Assembly (NCBI GenBank): GCA_965238175.1
Contig: CBDEGZ010000003.1
Location: 2,496,001 to 2,560,000 of the forward strand
DNA from: Gammaproteobacteria bacterium
GTDB taxonomy: Bacteria; Pseudomonadota; Gammaproteobacteria; CAJXQU01
Direction of reading: 5' to 3'
Length of the DNA stretch: 64,000 bases
Below are positions 1-9,928 of this stretch, piece after piece. The first letter of the stretch is position 1, and every line of letters begins with the position of its first letter. The notes under the pieces were generated by a model. The model did not search any database. It was given only the letters and a program-made list of their open reading frames with translations, and had not been told where the DNA came from. Position numbers and translations under genes: made by a program.

Positions 1-235
1 GATTTACCGATAGACCCTTTGGGCTCTCATTTAAGACTGGCTTTAACCCAGTCACTCCTTTCAACTCTGGTATTGATTGTTTATCTACTATTACCTCAGA
101 ACTATTCACGGTATTGCCCGATTTAATTTCAGCTGCACGTGTATATGTAGTTGAGTTGTTGTTAACAGTCATGGCAACAGCTAAACCAGCACTTACGATC
201 ACAACCATTGTTCCTATGATTTTTTCCTTTAACAT
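1..235 (-). CDS. 5' part of an exported/membrane-anchored protein (runs off window start); possibly an efflux periplasmic adaptor
   Basis: Manual translation from ATG at 235: MLKEKIIGTMVVIVSAGLAVAMTVNNNSTTYTRAAEIK..., open to base 1. AGAGG RBS upstream, hydrophobic N-terminus, divergent from a TetR gene. Confidence 0.6.
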   Translation of the reverse strand, partial: MLKEKIIGTMVVIVSAGLAVAMTVNNNSTTYTRAAEIKSGNTVNSSEVIVDKQSIPELKGVTGLKPVLNESPKGLSVN

Positions 236-262
236 ATTAACCTCTTTTTTGCAGCGCAAATG

Positions 263-315
263 TGAGACACATGTGTATCATAGACTACAACGTTATATGA
301 GACAATAGTGTTTCA
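263..315. promoter_or_regulatory. Two putative TetR operators (TGAGACA-N4-TGTWTCA)
   Basis: TGAGACACATGTGTATCA (263-280) and TGAGACAATAGTGTTTCA (298-315) are near-palindromic 18-mers between the divergent genes. Confidence 0.7.
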
Positions 316-342
316 TATGATTATTTGCTATATTTACCCTCA

Positions 343-906
343 ATGAAAATTAAAGACGCACGCGCAATAAAATCTCGCCAAGCATTACTGGATGCCAGCA
401 TGAAACTTCTATTACAGAACCCTTCTGCGAGCCTGAGTGAATTGGCTGCTTTTGCAGGTGTGGGCCGCGCAACGCTATACCGACATTTCAATACTCGAGA
501 GATCCTTATTCAGGAATTGGTGAAAGAAACACTGCTAGTGACTGATCAGGCAATGACACCACTAAAAGCTCAAGGCTTGACGGGTCGTGTCGCAATAGAG
601 GCAACGTTGAGAACGATCATGCCACTAGCTGATCGTTATCATTTTTTACTAAGCCTTTGGTATATCGCCGCTGATGATAAATCAGTCATGAAGATATATA
701 ACCGCCAATTGGATGAATTATATGGTTTAGTTGAACAAGCAAAACAAGAAGGTAATATTAAAAAACAACTCTCCGTTGCATGGATAGTAACGGTAATTGA
801 TACGCTAATTTACGCAGGTTGGTGGTTTATCAGTCAGGGAGAAATGACTACAAAACAAGCTACTGATCATGTGATAGACAGTTTGTTTAATGGTGTTAAG
901 GCTTAA
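343..906 (+). CDS. TetR/AcrR family transcriptional regulator
   Basis: N-terminal HTH SLSELAAFAGVGRATLYRHF. ATG at 343 preferred over TTG at 325. Confidence 0.93.
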   Translation: MKIKDARAIKSRQALLDASMKLLLQNPSASLSELAAFAGVGRATLYRHFNTREILIQELVKETLLVTDQAMTPLKAQGLTGRVAIEATLRTIMPLADRYHFLLSLWYIAADDKSVMKIYNRQLDELYGLVEQAKQEGNIKKQLSVAWIVTVIDTLIYAGWWFISQGEMTTKQATDHVIDSLFNGVKA

Positions 907-1307
907 GCATTACATCTTATTGGTTCCCTATAAACAACGACTAAATATTCTGTACCCAAGGAAATTGTCTCAACCACTTTTTGTTGAAATTCCAGGATCT
1001 TAACCATGCTGTAAAACATGATCCGCAAACCAATATGCGTAGCGCTCAAAACAATTACATCACTTTCTGGAGCTTTACGTCGGGTGAAAGTCGTCATGAG
1101 TAATAGAGGTCATAACTTGAATGATGTCGATTGGAATTTTGTTTCTAAACAGAACCGAGCAGCTTTTATAATTGAGCCTGAAAAATTTATCCCTCAGTTG
1201 CTTATTTTTGTGCCTTGGCTGTGAGTGATGGTTATAACGCTAATGTCGATCCTGAAATCTGGCATCTTAACGTGTGTCTGATATCTTTCTGATAATGATA
1301 GTTTTTT

Positions 1308-1817
1308 CTAAGAATTACTGTTGTGCAAACTTTGCAAATATTGAAATAAAGCGCGGGACGACTTGGGTGTTTTATTTTGTGACTTCTCTTTTTTTGCATT
1401 GCGGATCATTTGATTAATATATTGATGATCAATTTCTGAAAACTGCTCAATTAATTCATCCATTGTCTGGCTCTCCCCTGCGATCAAACCCTCCCGCCAT
1501 TTTTCTATTTTATGAAACTCATGGATTTGTTGTTTTTCAGGTCTATGTAATCTATTTAAAGCTTTTTGAATTGCATCCGCATCAGCTTCACGCATTAATA
1601 CGCCAATACGTTGTAACTGTCGTTTCAGTGCTTTTTGTTTGAATTTTTTCGCTTCCAGAACATTAGATCTTAATTCTTCGCTAACAGGCATTTTTTCCAA
1701 TTGCACCGGTGTAAGTTTTACCAGTTCTTTGCCTAGATCTTTTAAGGCATGCATTTCACGCTTAATTTGTGATTTACTAATTACGTCTTCTTGGTCTTCA
1801 AAATTCTCTTCTATCAT
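1308..1817 (-). CDS. yjgA: Ribosome biogenesis factor YjgA/DarP (DUF615)
   Basis: SKSQIKREMHALKDLGKELV, KRQLQRIGVLMR and KSSRALFQYL motifs. Confidence 0.93.
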   Translation of the reverse strand: MIEENFEDQEDVISKSQIKREMHALKDLGKELVKLTPVQLEKMPVSEELRSNVLEAKKFKQKALKRQLQRIGVLMREADADAIQKALNRLHRPEKQQIHEFHKIEKWREGLIAGESQTMDELIEQFSEIDHQYINQMIRNAKKEKSQNKTPKSSRALFQYLQSLHNSNS

Positions 1818-1962
1818 CTGGATCTGTGTTTGTCATTATTATATTGGGGTATGATTACTAAGTTTATATAAAAACCTTTGTGTAAATGCTTTTTGAATAA
1901 CACTTTGCAATGATTATGTTAAGAATAACCCAATATTAATTTAAATAGTTGCCTGATTTATA

Positions 1963-2490
1963 ATGAATTCCCCTGATATGCAATTTTTTGAACCCGCCTC
2001 CAGGCTAGGTGTTTTATCAAAACAGGAAAATATTTTGATCGCTACTGCCGAGTCTTGCACGGGTGGTTGGCTTGCAGAGTCGATCACTGCTGTTCCCGGA
2101 AGTTCAACCTGGTTTGAACGTGGATTTGTCACTTATTCGAATATCTCCAAACAAGAAATGCTTGGTGTGTCGGCAAAAACCTTAGAACAATTCGGTGCTG
2201 TCAGTAAACAGGTTGCAAGTGAAATGGCTGAAGGTGCTCTTTCAAATAGTCATGCCCAAATCAGTATTTCTATCACAGGCATTGCTGGACCAGGTGGTGG
2301 TTCTGAAGATAAGCCCGTGGGAACTGTTTGTTTTGCCGTGGCGACTTCGATGAATAAACAACAATCTAGTCCAACAAAACCCATTACAAAAAATGTATTT
2401 TTTTCTGGTGATCGGTATAAAGTCCGCCAACAAGCCGTAATTACGGCTTTAGAAATGTTGATTAAGGTTATTTCGGAGTTAAAAAAATAA
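1963..2490 (+). CDS. pncC: Nicotinamide mononucleotide deamidase (CinA C-terminal domain)
   Basis: TAESCTGG, GSSTWFERGFVTYSN and SITGIAGPGGGS motifs; upstream of recA. Confidence 0.93.
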   Translation: MNSPDMQFFEPASRLGVLSKQENILIATAESCTGGWLAESITAVPGSSTWFERGFVTYSNISKQEMLGVSAKTLEQFGAVSKQVASEMAEGALSNSHAQISISITGIAGPGGGSEDKPVGTVCFAVATSMNKQQSSPTKPITKNVFFSGDRYKVRQQAVITALEMLIKVISELKK

Positions 2491-2494
2491 CAAA

Positions 2495-3007
2495 ATGACG
2501 CAGTTATTTTTTGCCTTATTGCCAGATGATTTAGTAAGGAGGCATGTTGCAAAGGTTATTGCTCAACTTCCTAACAAAGGTAGCAAAGTCAAGATATTAA
2601 ATCTTCACGCAATCTTGGCATTTCTCGGCGAAGTGCCCTCTGATCAAATTCAACAATATACCAACGCGGCTGATGGAATAGTCTCACCTTCGTTTACTTT
2701 AAAACTGGATTCTCGCGAGTGGTGGAGGCAATCCAGGATTACCGCAATTGGTGTGAGCGAGGTACCCGATCCATTATTTGATCTAATCAATTCTCTTAAC
2801 CAAGCACTTATTCCTTATGGATATGATCCTGAAAAACGACCTTTTCGGCTCCACATCACCTTAATGGATAATGTCGAAAATCCTATCAGTCCAACACATT
2901 TTGAACCGATCTCCTGGTTGGTTCGGGGTTTCTCGTTGATTGAATCATCAAATCATCCTGAAGAGCAGTCATACAGGGTTATTCAGTCATGGGATTTTGT
3001 GGGATAA
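2495..3007 (+). CDS. thpR: RNA 2',3'-cyclic phosphodiesterase (2H family, ThpR/LigT-like)
   Basis: LFFAL start; NLHAILAFLG and FRLHITL correspond to the two 2H motifs; pncC-thpR-recA context. Confidence 0.85.
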   Translation: MTQLFFALLPDDLVRRHVAKVIAQLPNKGSKVKILNLHAILAFLGEVPSDQIQQYTNAADGIVSPSFTLKLDSREWWRQSRITAIGVSEVPDPLFDLINSLNQALIPYGYDPEKRPFRLHITLMDNVENPISPTHFEPISWLVRGFSLIESSNHPEEQSYRVIQSWDFVG

Positions 3008-3037
3008 TACGCAGCTAAATATCGCGGAGATAACTTG

Positions 3038-4090
3038 ATGGATGATCAGAAAGATAAGGCCTTGAGCGCGGCTTTAAGCCAAATTGAAAAACAATTCGGT
3101 AAAGGCTCGGTAATGCGTCTTGGCGATGGGCAAACCATCAAAGTGGAAACGGTTTCAAGTGGCTCTCTAGCGCTAGACATTGCCCTGGGTGCAGGTGGAT
3201 TACCTAAAGGCCGAGTTGTTGAGGTCTATGGGCCAGAATCTTCGGGTAAAACAACGCTGGCATTGCATGCCGTTGCAGAGATTCAAAAAGCCGGCGGCAC
3301 TGCTGCATTTGTTGATGCTGAGCATGCGATGGATCCAGTATACGCAGAGAAAATCGGCGTTAATATTCAAGATCTTTTAGTGTCGCAGCCAGATACAGGT
3401 GAACAGGCACTTGAAATTACCGATATGCTGGTACGCTCCGGCGCCGTAGGCATTGTTGTCGTTGACTCTGTTGCAGCATTAACTCCAAAGGCAGAGATCG
3501 AAGGTGACATGGGCGATCATCATGTTGGCTTACAAGCCAGATTGATGTCGCAAGCACTACGTAAACTCACCGGTAATATAAAACGATCGAATACCCTGGT
3601 TATTTTTATCAATCAGATCCGTATGAAAATTGGTGTCATGTTTGGCAATCCTGAAACTACCACGGGTGGCAACGCATTGAAATTCTACTCATCAGTTCGT
3701 CTTGATATCCGCCGTATTGGCGCGATCAAAAAACAAGATGAAATTGTCGGCAATGAAACGCGCGTTAAAGTCGTTAAAAATAAGGTAGCCCCTCCATTTA
3801 AAGAAGCATATTTCGACATTCTCTATGGTGAAGGCGTTTCGCGAGAAAGTGAAATTATAGATCTGGGCGTTAAATGTGATCTAATCGATAAGGCTGGCTC
3901 GTGGTACAGCTACAATGGTGATCGTATTGGTCAAGGTAAGGATAATGTCCGTGCTTACCTGAAGGAAAATCCAGAAACTGCAAATAATATAGAAGCAGCA
4001 ATTCGTGAAAAATTATTACCAAGCAAAGATACTGCAGTTGATGGAAATGATCCTGAAACGGGCATGGATACTGAAGAACTGGAAGTTTAA
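3038..4090 (+). CDS. recA: Recombinase RecA
   Basis: GPESSGKTT Walker [23 protein letters not shown] signature. Confidence 0.99.
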   Translation: MDDQKDKALSAALSQIEKQFGKGSVMRLGDGQTIKVETVSSGSLALDIALGAGGLPKGRVVEVYGPESSGKTTLALHAVAEIQKAGGTAAFVDAEHAMDPVYAEKIGVNIQDLLVSQPDTGEQALEITDMLVRSGAVGIVVVDSVAALTPKAEIEGDMGDHHVGLQARLMSQALRKLTGNIKRSNTLVIFINQIRMKIGVMFGNPETTTGGNALKFYSSVRLDIRRIGAIKKQDEIVGNETRVKVVKNKVAPPFKEAYFDILYGEGVSRESEIIDLGVKCDLIDKAGSWYSYNGDRIGQGKDNVRAYLKENPETANNIEAAIREKLLPSKDTAVDGNDPETGMDTEELEV

Positions 4091-4108
4091 AGATCGGGTG
4101 TTCAACGA

Positions 4109-4549
4109 TTGACTGATCCTCTAATTGCGACTCGACATAAAGCAATGGATTTATTAGCCCGACGCGAGCATACGCGCAAGGAATTGATCCATAAGTTAAC
4201 TATTCGAGATTTCCCTGAAGATGTTATCGAGTCAGTTGTTAGTCGTCTTACGGAAGAGAACTTGCAAAGTGATGATCGTTTTGCCGAAGCCTTTGTTAAT
4301 ATGCGTCGGAAAAAAGGTCAGGGTCCAATCCGGATCCTGAACGAGTTGCAAGAACGAGGTGTAAGCCAGGCACTTCAGGAAGAATATGTAGATACCCGTG
4401 ATTCGGTTTGGCGCGAAACAATTAAACAAGTAAGAGAAAAAAAGTTTGGAAGTGCGGTACCTGAAGAATACGCGCAACGTGCAAAACAATCGCGTTTCTT
4501 ACAATACCGTGGCTTTACCAGTGATCAAATTCACCAAGAATTAAGCTAG
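4109..4549 (+). CDS. recX: Regulatory protein RecX
   Basis: AMDLLARREH, QSDDRFAE and RFLQYRGF motifs; directly after recA. Confidence 0.96.
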   Translation: MTDPLIATRHKAMDLLARREHTRKELIHKLTIRDFPEDVIESVVSRLTEENLQSDDRFAEAFVNMRRKKGQGPIRILNELQERGVSQALQEEYVDTRDSVWRETIKQVREKKFGSAVPEEYAQRAKQSRFLQYRGFTSDQIHQELS

Positions 4550-4571
4550 GCACTAAACGAGAAGTATAGAA

Positions 4572-4610
4572 CAAAGTTATGAATCAAAGTTATGAGTCAA
4601 AGTTATGAGC
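4572..4610 (+). repeat. Three tandem 13-bp repeats CAAAGTTATGARY overlapping the alaS start
   Basis: caaagttatgaat / caaagttatgagt / caaagttatgagc. Confidence 0.9.
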
Positions 4611-7244
4611 CAGACTAGTCCAAATCTGTCTGCCAGCACTTCAGCTATACGCGAAGCTTTCATCGAATATTTCAAAGCTAAAGAACATAAAGCCATTGCC
4701 AGCAGTCCACTAGTTCCGCATAACGACCCTACCCTGCTTTTCACCAATGCTGGCATGGTGCAATTTAAAGATGTCTTCACCGGAAAAGAAAAACTTTCTT
4801 ATAACCGAGCTGTATCAAGCCAGCGCTGTGTACGTGCTGGTGGAAAACACAACGATCTTGAAAATGTAGGCTACACGGCTCGACATCACACTTTTTTTGA
4901 AATGCTCGGCAACTTTAGCTTTGGTGATTACTTCAAGCGTGAAGCCATTGAGTTTGCCTGGGACTTTCTCACCAATACGCTAGGTCTTCCAAAAGAAAAA
5001 CTTTGGGTGACGGTTTTCATCGATGATGATGAAGCCGCCGAGATCTGGCAAAAAGACATCGGTATCAATCCTGATCAAATGTCACGATGTGGTGAAAAAG
5101 ATAATTTTTGGAGTATGGGACCGACAGGCCCCTGTGGACCGTGTACGGAAATATTTTACGATCATGGCTCTGACATTGCCGGTGGCCCTCCTGGTAGTCC
5201 CGATGAAGATGGTGATCGATATATAGAGATCTGGAACCTGGTCTTCACCCAATTTGATCGTGACGCAGATGGCAAACTAAACCCTCTTCCCAAACCCTCA
5301 GTCGACACAGGTATGGGGCTAGAACGTATAGCTGCGGTTATGCAGCATGTTCACAACAACTACGAAATTGATCTGTTCCAGAATCTAATCAAAGCCATTC
5401 GTGACCTGGCTGACTGTGGTGATAAAGAGCTGATGTCACAACGCGTCGTCGCGGATCATATTCGCTCCTGCGCTTTTATTATTACCGATGATGTTGTGCC
5501 TTCCAATGAAGGTCGTGGTTATGTATTACGACGCATTATTCGTCGTGCGGTTAGACATGGAAATAAGCTTGGTTTGAATGGCGCATTTTTCTACAAATTG
5601 GTGCAACCTCTTGTTAATGAAATGGGAGAAGCCTTCCCTGAATTAACCAAGGCTCAGGCTCATGTCGAAAAAGTCCTTAAGCAGGAAGAAGAACGCTTTG
5701 CAGAAACGTTGCAACAAGGTCTCAAGATTCTCGAACAAGCTATTGCTGAAATAGGTGACAATACCATTCCCGGCGAAGTCGTCTTTCAGCTTTACGATAC
5801 CTTTGGTTTTCCTGTTGACTTAACCGCAGATATTGCCCGCGAAAAAGGACTTGCTCTAGATCATGATGGATTTGATCTGGCAATGAAACAACAGAAAGAA
5901 CGTGCCCGAGCGGCGAGTCAGTTTGCTTCTGGTAAAACCGAAACTGCTAAAATTGATCTGTCGCCCTATGATGCCGAATTTAATTTCACTGGATATCATT
6001 CATGTGAACAAGATGCGGTTGTTCAAGCAATCTACATTGATGGTCAGCAAGTTGATCAAGCTGTCACAGGTGACACTGCCGTTGTTTTAATCGATCACAC
6101 TCCATTTTACGCAGAATCCGGTGGTCAAATTGGAGATATCGGAAGTTTAGAGAATGCCGACGGTATCTTTATTGTTGAAGATACGCGTAAGCAAAACGAT
6201 GTTCATTTACATTGTGGTACCGTCAAACAAGGCGGTATTCATGTTGGTGAAAGTATTCATGCATCCGTGAATGAAACATCTCGGCTCGCAACTGAAAAAA
6301 ATCACTCAGCAACTCATCTTTTGCATGCCGCATTAAGAAAAATACTTGGTGAGCATGTACTACAAAAAGGTTCTCTAGTGACAAGTGATCGTCTACGTTT
6401 TGATTTTTCTCACTCTGAACCTGTTGTAGCAGATCAATTAACCACTATAGAGAGGCTGGTTAACGAGCAGATAAGATCAAATCTACCGGTAGAAACTAAA
6501 ATAATGTCGATGGATAAAGCGCAAGAATCTGGTGCGATGGCGCTTTTTGGTGAGAAATATGCCGAGGAAGTTCGTGTTTTAAATATGGGCGAATTCTCAA
6601 TAGAACTTTGTGGTGGAACACACGTGAATCGAACGGGTGACATTGGTCTATTTAAGATCATTTCTGAAACAGGCATCGCATCCGGTGTTCGTCGTATTGA
6701 AGCCTTTACCGGTGAAACCGCACTGGATTATATAAGTGAAACAGAGAAAAACCTCTCGAAGATCATCGATCTTTTAAAAGCAACGACAGATAATGTTGAA
6801 GATAAAATTGAACAATTGCTACAGCGTAATCGACAACAAGAAAAAGAGATCCAGGCATTAAAAGGAAAAATGGCAAGTCAAACCAGATCTGATCTAACGG
6901 AAAATGCCGTTGCTGTTGAAGGGATTAAAATAGTCGCTGCAAAACTCGAAGGCGCCGATGTAAATACGCTCCGTGAAACAATGGATCAACTAAAAAATAA
7001 ATTAGGTTCCTCAGCCATCGTTTTAGGCGCTGTAGAAGGTGGCAAAGTTAAGCTCGTTGCCGGCGTCAGCAAAGATTGCACTGATCGAATTCAAGCTGGA
7101 AAACTGATCAATCATGTCGCACAACAAGTGGATGGTAAAGGCGGCGGTCGCCCTGATATGGCACAAGCTGGAGGAAATGATCCTTCGAAGTTGGATCAGG
7201 CTCTCGAAAGTGTTATTGACTGGGTGAAAGCTTCTCTAGTTTAA
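4605..7244 (+). CDS. alaS: Alanine--tRNA ligase
   Basis: [34 protein letters not shown], editing-domain HSATH and ELCGGTH, C-terminal [14 protein letters not shown]. Confidence 0.99.
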   Translation: MSQTSPNLSASTSAIREAFIEYFKAKEHKAIASSPLVPHNDPTLLFTNAGMVQFKDVFTGKEKLSYNRAVSSQRCVRAGGKHNDLENVGYTARHHTFFEMLGNFSFGDYFKREAIEFAWDFLTNTLGLPKEKLWVTVFIDDDEAAEIWQKDIGINPDQMSRCGEKDNFWSMGPTGPCGPCTEIFYDHGSDIAGGPPGSPDEDGDRYIEIWNLVFTQFDRDADGKLNPLPKPSVDTGMGLERIAAVMQHVHNNYEIDLFQNLIKAIRDLADCGDKELMSQRVVADHIRSCAFIITDDVVPSNEGRGYVLRRIIRRAVRHGNKLGLNGAFFYKLVQPLVNEMGEAFPELTKAQAHVEKVLKQEEERFAETLQQGLKILEQAIAEIGDNTIPGEVVFQLYDTFGFPVDLTADIAREKGLALDHDGFDLAMKQQKERARAASQFASGKTETAKIDLSPYDAEFNFTGYHSCEQDAVVQAIYIDGQQVDQAVTGDTAVVLIDHTPFYAESGGQIGDIGSLENADGIFIVEDTRKQNDVHLHCGTVKQGGIHVGESIHASVNETSRLATEKNHSATHLLHAALRKILGEHVLQKGSLVTSDRLRFDFSHSEPVVADQLTTIERLVNEQIRSNLPVETKIMSMDKAQESGAMALFGEKYAEEVRVLNMGEFSIELCGGTHVNRTGDIGLFKIISETGIASGVRRIEAFTGETALDYISETEKNLSKIIDLLKATTDNVEDKIEQLLQRNRQQEKEIQALKGKMASQTRSDLTENAVAVEGIKIVAAKLEGADVNTLRETMDQLKNKLGSSAIVLGAVEGGKVKLVAGVSKDCTDRIQAGKLINHVAQQVDGKGGGRPDMAQAGGNDPSKLDQALESVIDWVKASLV

Positions 7245-7652
7245 GTTTGGGACTAATTTTCAATTAATGGAATGCTGTATGTGTTCAAACGCTTGCAGCC
7301 AATCATTCCTTTCAAATTTTAATTACTTATCTTTAAAATGCTCTCAAGCCAATAAACTGATCAGATGATTTTCAGGGCGTATTCTCTTTTGGTAAAGTGT
7401 CGCCACCCGTTTAGCAAATCATTTCTTTGGCGTTAATGGCTATTACCATTGAGAAGCTGGCTAATGATGGTGAAATAGCAGCCTAAAAAGGATGAGGGAA
7501 GTCTGATGAAACGTGTGCGCAAAATTCATTTGGAGAGACACAGCTTATCTTGAAACCAAAGACAAATAACGGCAAAGTGAGCATTATGAATTTAATCAGC
7601 TGGTTGAAGTAAATGACGCCCCTTTTTAGAGTTTTTCTACAGCCTTGTTAAC

Positions 7653-8204
7653 ATGGCACTTCTTGAATTAATACTTCTTGCTTTCGCCCTTCTGGCGGCC
7701 TTATCCATTGTCTGGAGTACCCTGCAAACTGGTATTTCTCCCATGATGAGCTCAGGCAAAGCTTGCCAAGCCATGCTCGCTTCAATAGATAAGCCTGTAA
7801 ATGGACCTTTAATTGATCTCGGTTCTGGTTGGGGAACACTCGTTATCGCTGTCGCCCGTAAGTATCCACGTCAACAAGTGATCGGCTACGAACTGTCTTG
7901 GTTTCCATGGTTGGTGTCAATAATTCGGAAACATAGTTTACGTTTGGATAACCTTACGCTCTATCGCAAAGATTTTAAGAATGCTGAACTCAGCAATGCT
8001 TCTATTATATTCTGTTATCTTTTCCCTGGGGGGATGGTTGCTCTTCATAAAAAACTGAACCGCGAGCTATTAAATGAGATCCTCATTGTGAGTAACACAT
8101 TTGCATTACCTTCATGCCAACCTACAAAAGTCACCAGGCTTAAAGATATCTACCAAACTCCGATTTACGTATATTATTGGCAGCCAAAGTGCTCTGCGGA
8201 ATAA
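7653..8204 (+). CDS. Membrane-anchored class I SAM-dependent methyltransferase
   Basis: N-terminal TM helix, IDLGSGWG motif I, IIFCYLFP. Confidence 0.85.
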   Translation: MALLELILLAFALLAALSIVWSTLQTGISPMMSSGKACQAMLASIDKPVNGPLIDLGSGWGTLVIAVARKYPRQQVIGYELSWFPWLVSIIRKHSLRLDNLTLYRKDFKNAELSNASIIFCYLFPGGMVALHKKLNRELLNEILIVSNTFALPSCQPTKVTRLKDIYQTPIYVYYWQPKCSAE

Positions 8205-8256
8205 TAATGACATAGTAGCCGTTATTTGTTTATTTATAATATCGCTCTCTTTTCAA

Positions 8257-8697
8257 TCATACACCTTGTTTCGTTAATCGAACTCTCAACCTTCGAAACG
8301 TGTCCAGATCAAGATTATCTCTTAACAAAACCAGCGATTTCTTGCGCCGATCAGGTAATTTAAATTGCAATACAGTCAACCAAGGTTGAACCAGGCACCC
8401 AGATAATAATTCAGATTTTATAGCTTTATCTTTATTTGAATTATTCAATAAAAGCAACCATGTACCATCTTTTTTCAACCTCGCTTCACTAATTGCTAGT
8501 CCACTGTGCGAACAATGCTCACGTACTGTGATCAAAAACCAAACAATTATCCCTGTTATTACAATTAATTTAATCAAAATATTTAATGACAAACTGATCA
8601 CAGTTGCTATTGCAATCATTGATAAAACAAAAAGTATAATCAATAAGTTACTTGAGAATGATGGAATGATTCTAATATCAGAATTGAAATGATTCAT
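8257..8697 (-). CDS. YgfX/CptA-like inner membrane protein
   Basis: Two N-terminal TM helices, PWLTVLQF, C-terminal D-x4-D-x-FRRLRVRL typical of YgfX; near sdhE/ygfZ. Confidence 0.75.
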   Translation of the reverse strand: MNHFNSDIRIIPSFSSNLLIILFVLSMIAIATVISLSLNILIKLIVITGIIVWFLITVREHCSHSGLAISEARLKKDGTWLLLLNNSNKDKAIKSELLSGCLVQPWLTVLQFKLPDRRKKSLVLLRDNLDLDTFRRLRVRLTKQGV

Positions 8698-8795
8698 ACA
8701 AGTAGTTTGTGAATTTTAAAGTTTATGACTTGAAATAAGTTGTTTATAAAAAGATACTACGCATCTTGTCTGCAATTTGTATAACAATAAGATAG

Positions 8796-8981
8796 ATGAA
8801 TAATAAAACGCAAGATAACAAAGCAACATTGCAGAACGATCCGAAACAACCCAATAATAAGAAATTAGAGAAGGAATTCACCAATAAGCCAGCGTCGAAA
8901 GAAGTCGGTGGTCGAGCTGAAGGTCTTGAACCGACTCGTTATGGCGATTGGGAATTTAAAGGCCGCTGTATTGATTTCTAA
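8796..8981 (+). CDS. DUF1674 / SDHAF4 (Sdh8)-like succinate dehydrogenase assembly factor
   Basis: C-terminal EVGGRAEGLEPTRYGDWEFKGRCIDF signature; first gene upstream of sdhC. Confidence 0.9.
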   Translation: MNNKTQDNKATLQNDPKQPNNKKLEKEFTNKPASKEVGGRAEGLEPTRYGDWEFKGRCIDF

Positions 8982-9152
8982 AATTAGAGACCTTTGCACG
9001 GGAGAATATTTTGTTTCCAGACAAGACAAAAGCACGCACAAAGAGGGAGTTTATACTTTATAAATGACCGATTGAGCATGTTTTTAACGCCGTATGAGAG
9101 CAAAATAGCTTTCGTGCATAGGCCTCAAATAACTATTAAGGGATACATATTT

Positions 9153-9545
9153 ATGTCCGCACAAAACCGCCCGTTGTCACCGCATCTGGACGTGTACAGA
9201 CTGCCACTGACTGCCATTATTTCCATTTGCCATCGTATCACTGGTGTTGGATTGTCCGTAGGAACATTATTGCTTGCTTGTTGGTTAATGGCAGCCGCAT
9301 CAGGGCCAGAAGCCTTTGCTTCGATTAATGGTTTCCTTGGATCATGGTTTGGAAAAATCTTACTTTTTCTTTGGACCTTCGCCTTCTATTTCCATTTTTG
9401 TAATGGCATCCGCCATCTGTTTTGGGATGTCGGTAAAGGCTTTGAACAATCTGATGTGGAAAAAACCGCAAAAGTGGTACTCATTGCAACCGTTGTTTTG
9501 ACTATAGTAACCACAGTTATCGCTGTCGCTGGAGGTGGCTCATGA
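9153..9545 (+). CDS. sdhC: Succinate dehydrogenase cytochrome b556 subunit
   Basis: RPLSPHL, SICHRITG and HFCNGIRHLFWD motifs. True start is probably ATG 9153 (MSAQNRP), not 8994. Confidence 0.96.
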   Translation: MSAQNRPLSPHLDVYRLPLTAIISICHRITGVGLSVGTLLLACWLMAAASGPEAFASINGFLGSWFGKILLFLWTFAFYFHFCNGIRHLFWDVGKGFEQSDVEKTAKVVLIATVVLTIVTTVIAVAGGGS

Positions 9546-9922
9546 ACTTAAACACACCACTTTCAATCGCACGAGGTCTGGGATCGGCTAAAGAAGGTGC
9601 TCATCATTGGAAAGCTCAAAGGTTAACTGCAATTGCGTTAATACCATTAAGTATCTGGTTTATTTGTAAAATCACTTGTCTAGTAGGTGGTTCTCACACC
9701 GATGTTGTTACCTGGATCCAACAACCCTGGACTCCAGCGTTATTGATCGTTCTTCTATTTAGCCTCTTCTATCATATGGCACTTGGCCTACAAGTTGTTA
9801 TTGAGGACTATGTCAGTACGACCTGGATGAAAATCACGCTTTTGCTTCTGACCCAATTCGGATCAATTCTGATCGGACTCGGTAGTATTGTTTCTGTTTT
9901 GCGAATTGCTATGGGAGATTAA
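9542..9922 (+). CDS. sdhD: Succinate dehydrogenase membrane anchor
   Basis: RGLGSAKEGAHHWKAQRLTA and HMALGLQVVIEDY motifs. Confidence 0.96.
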   Translation: MNLNTPLSIARGLGSAKEGAHHWKAQRLTAIALIPLSIWFICKITCLVGGSHTDVVTWIQQPWTPALLIVLLFSLFYHMALGLQVVIEDYVSTTWMKITLLLLTQFGSILIGLGSIVSVLRIAMGD

Positions 9923-9928
9923 GGTTAA

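Noticed and set aside
903-1300. Short overlapping ORFs (903-1097 minus, 1018-1224 plus), possibly a decayed gene
   Set aside because: No recognisable motif or RBS in any frame, so no product can be supported.
7245-7650. Possible transposase 3' remnant after alaS (frame ending ...EKLANDGEIAA*)
   Set aside because: No catalytic motif, paired inverted repeats or target duplication found; the resemblance is only an impression.
8994-9152. N-terminal extension of SdhC in the ORF track
   Set aside because: Homology begins at MSAQNRPLSPHL (9153), which has its own RBS; the extension is probably untranslated leader.
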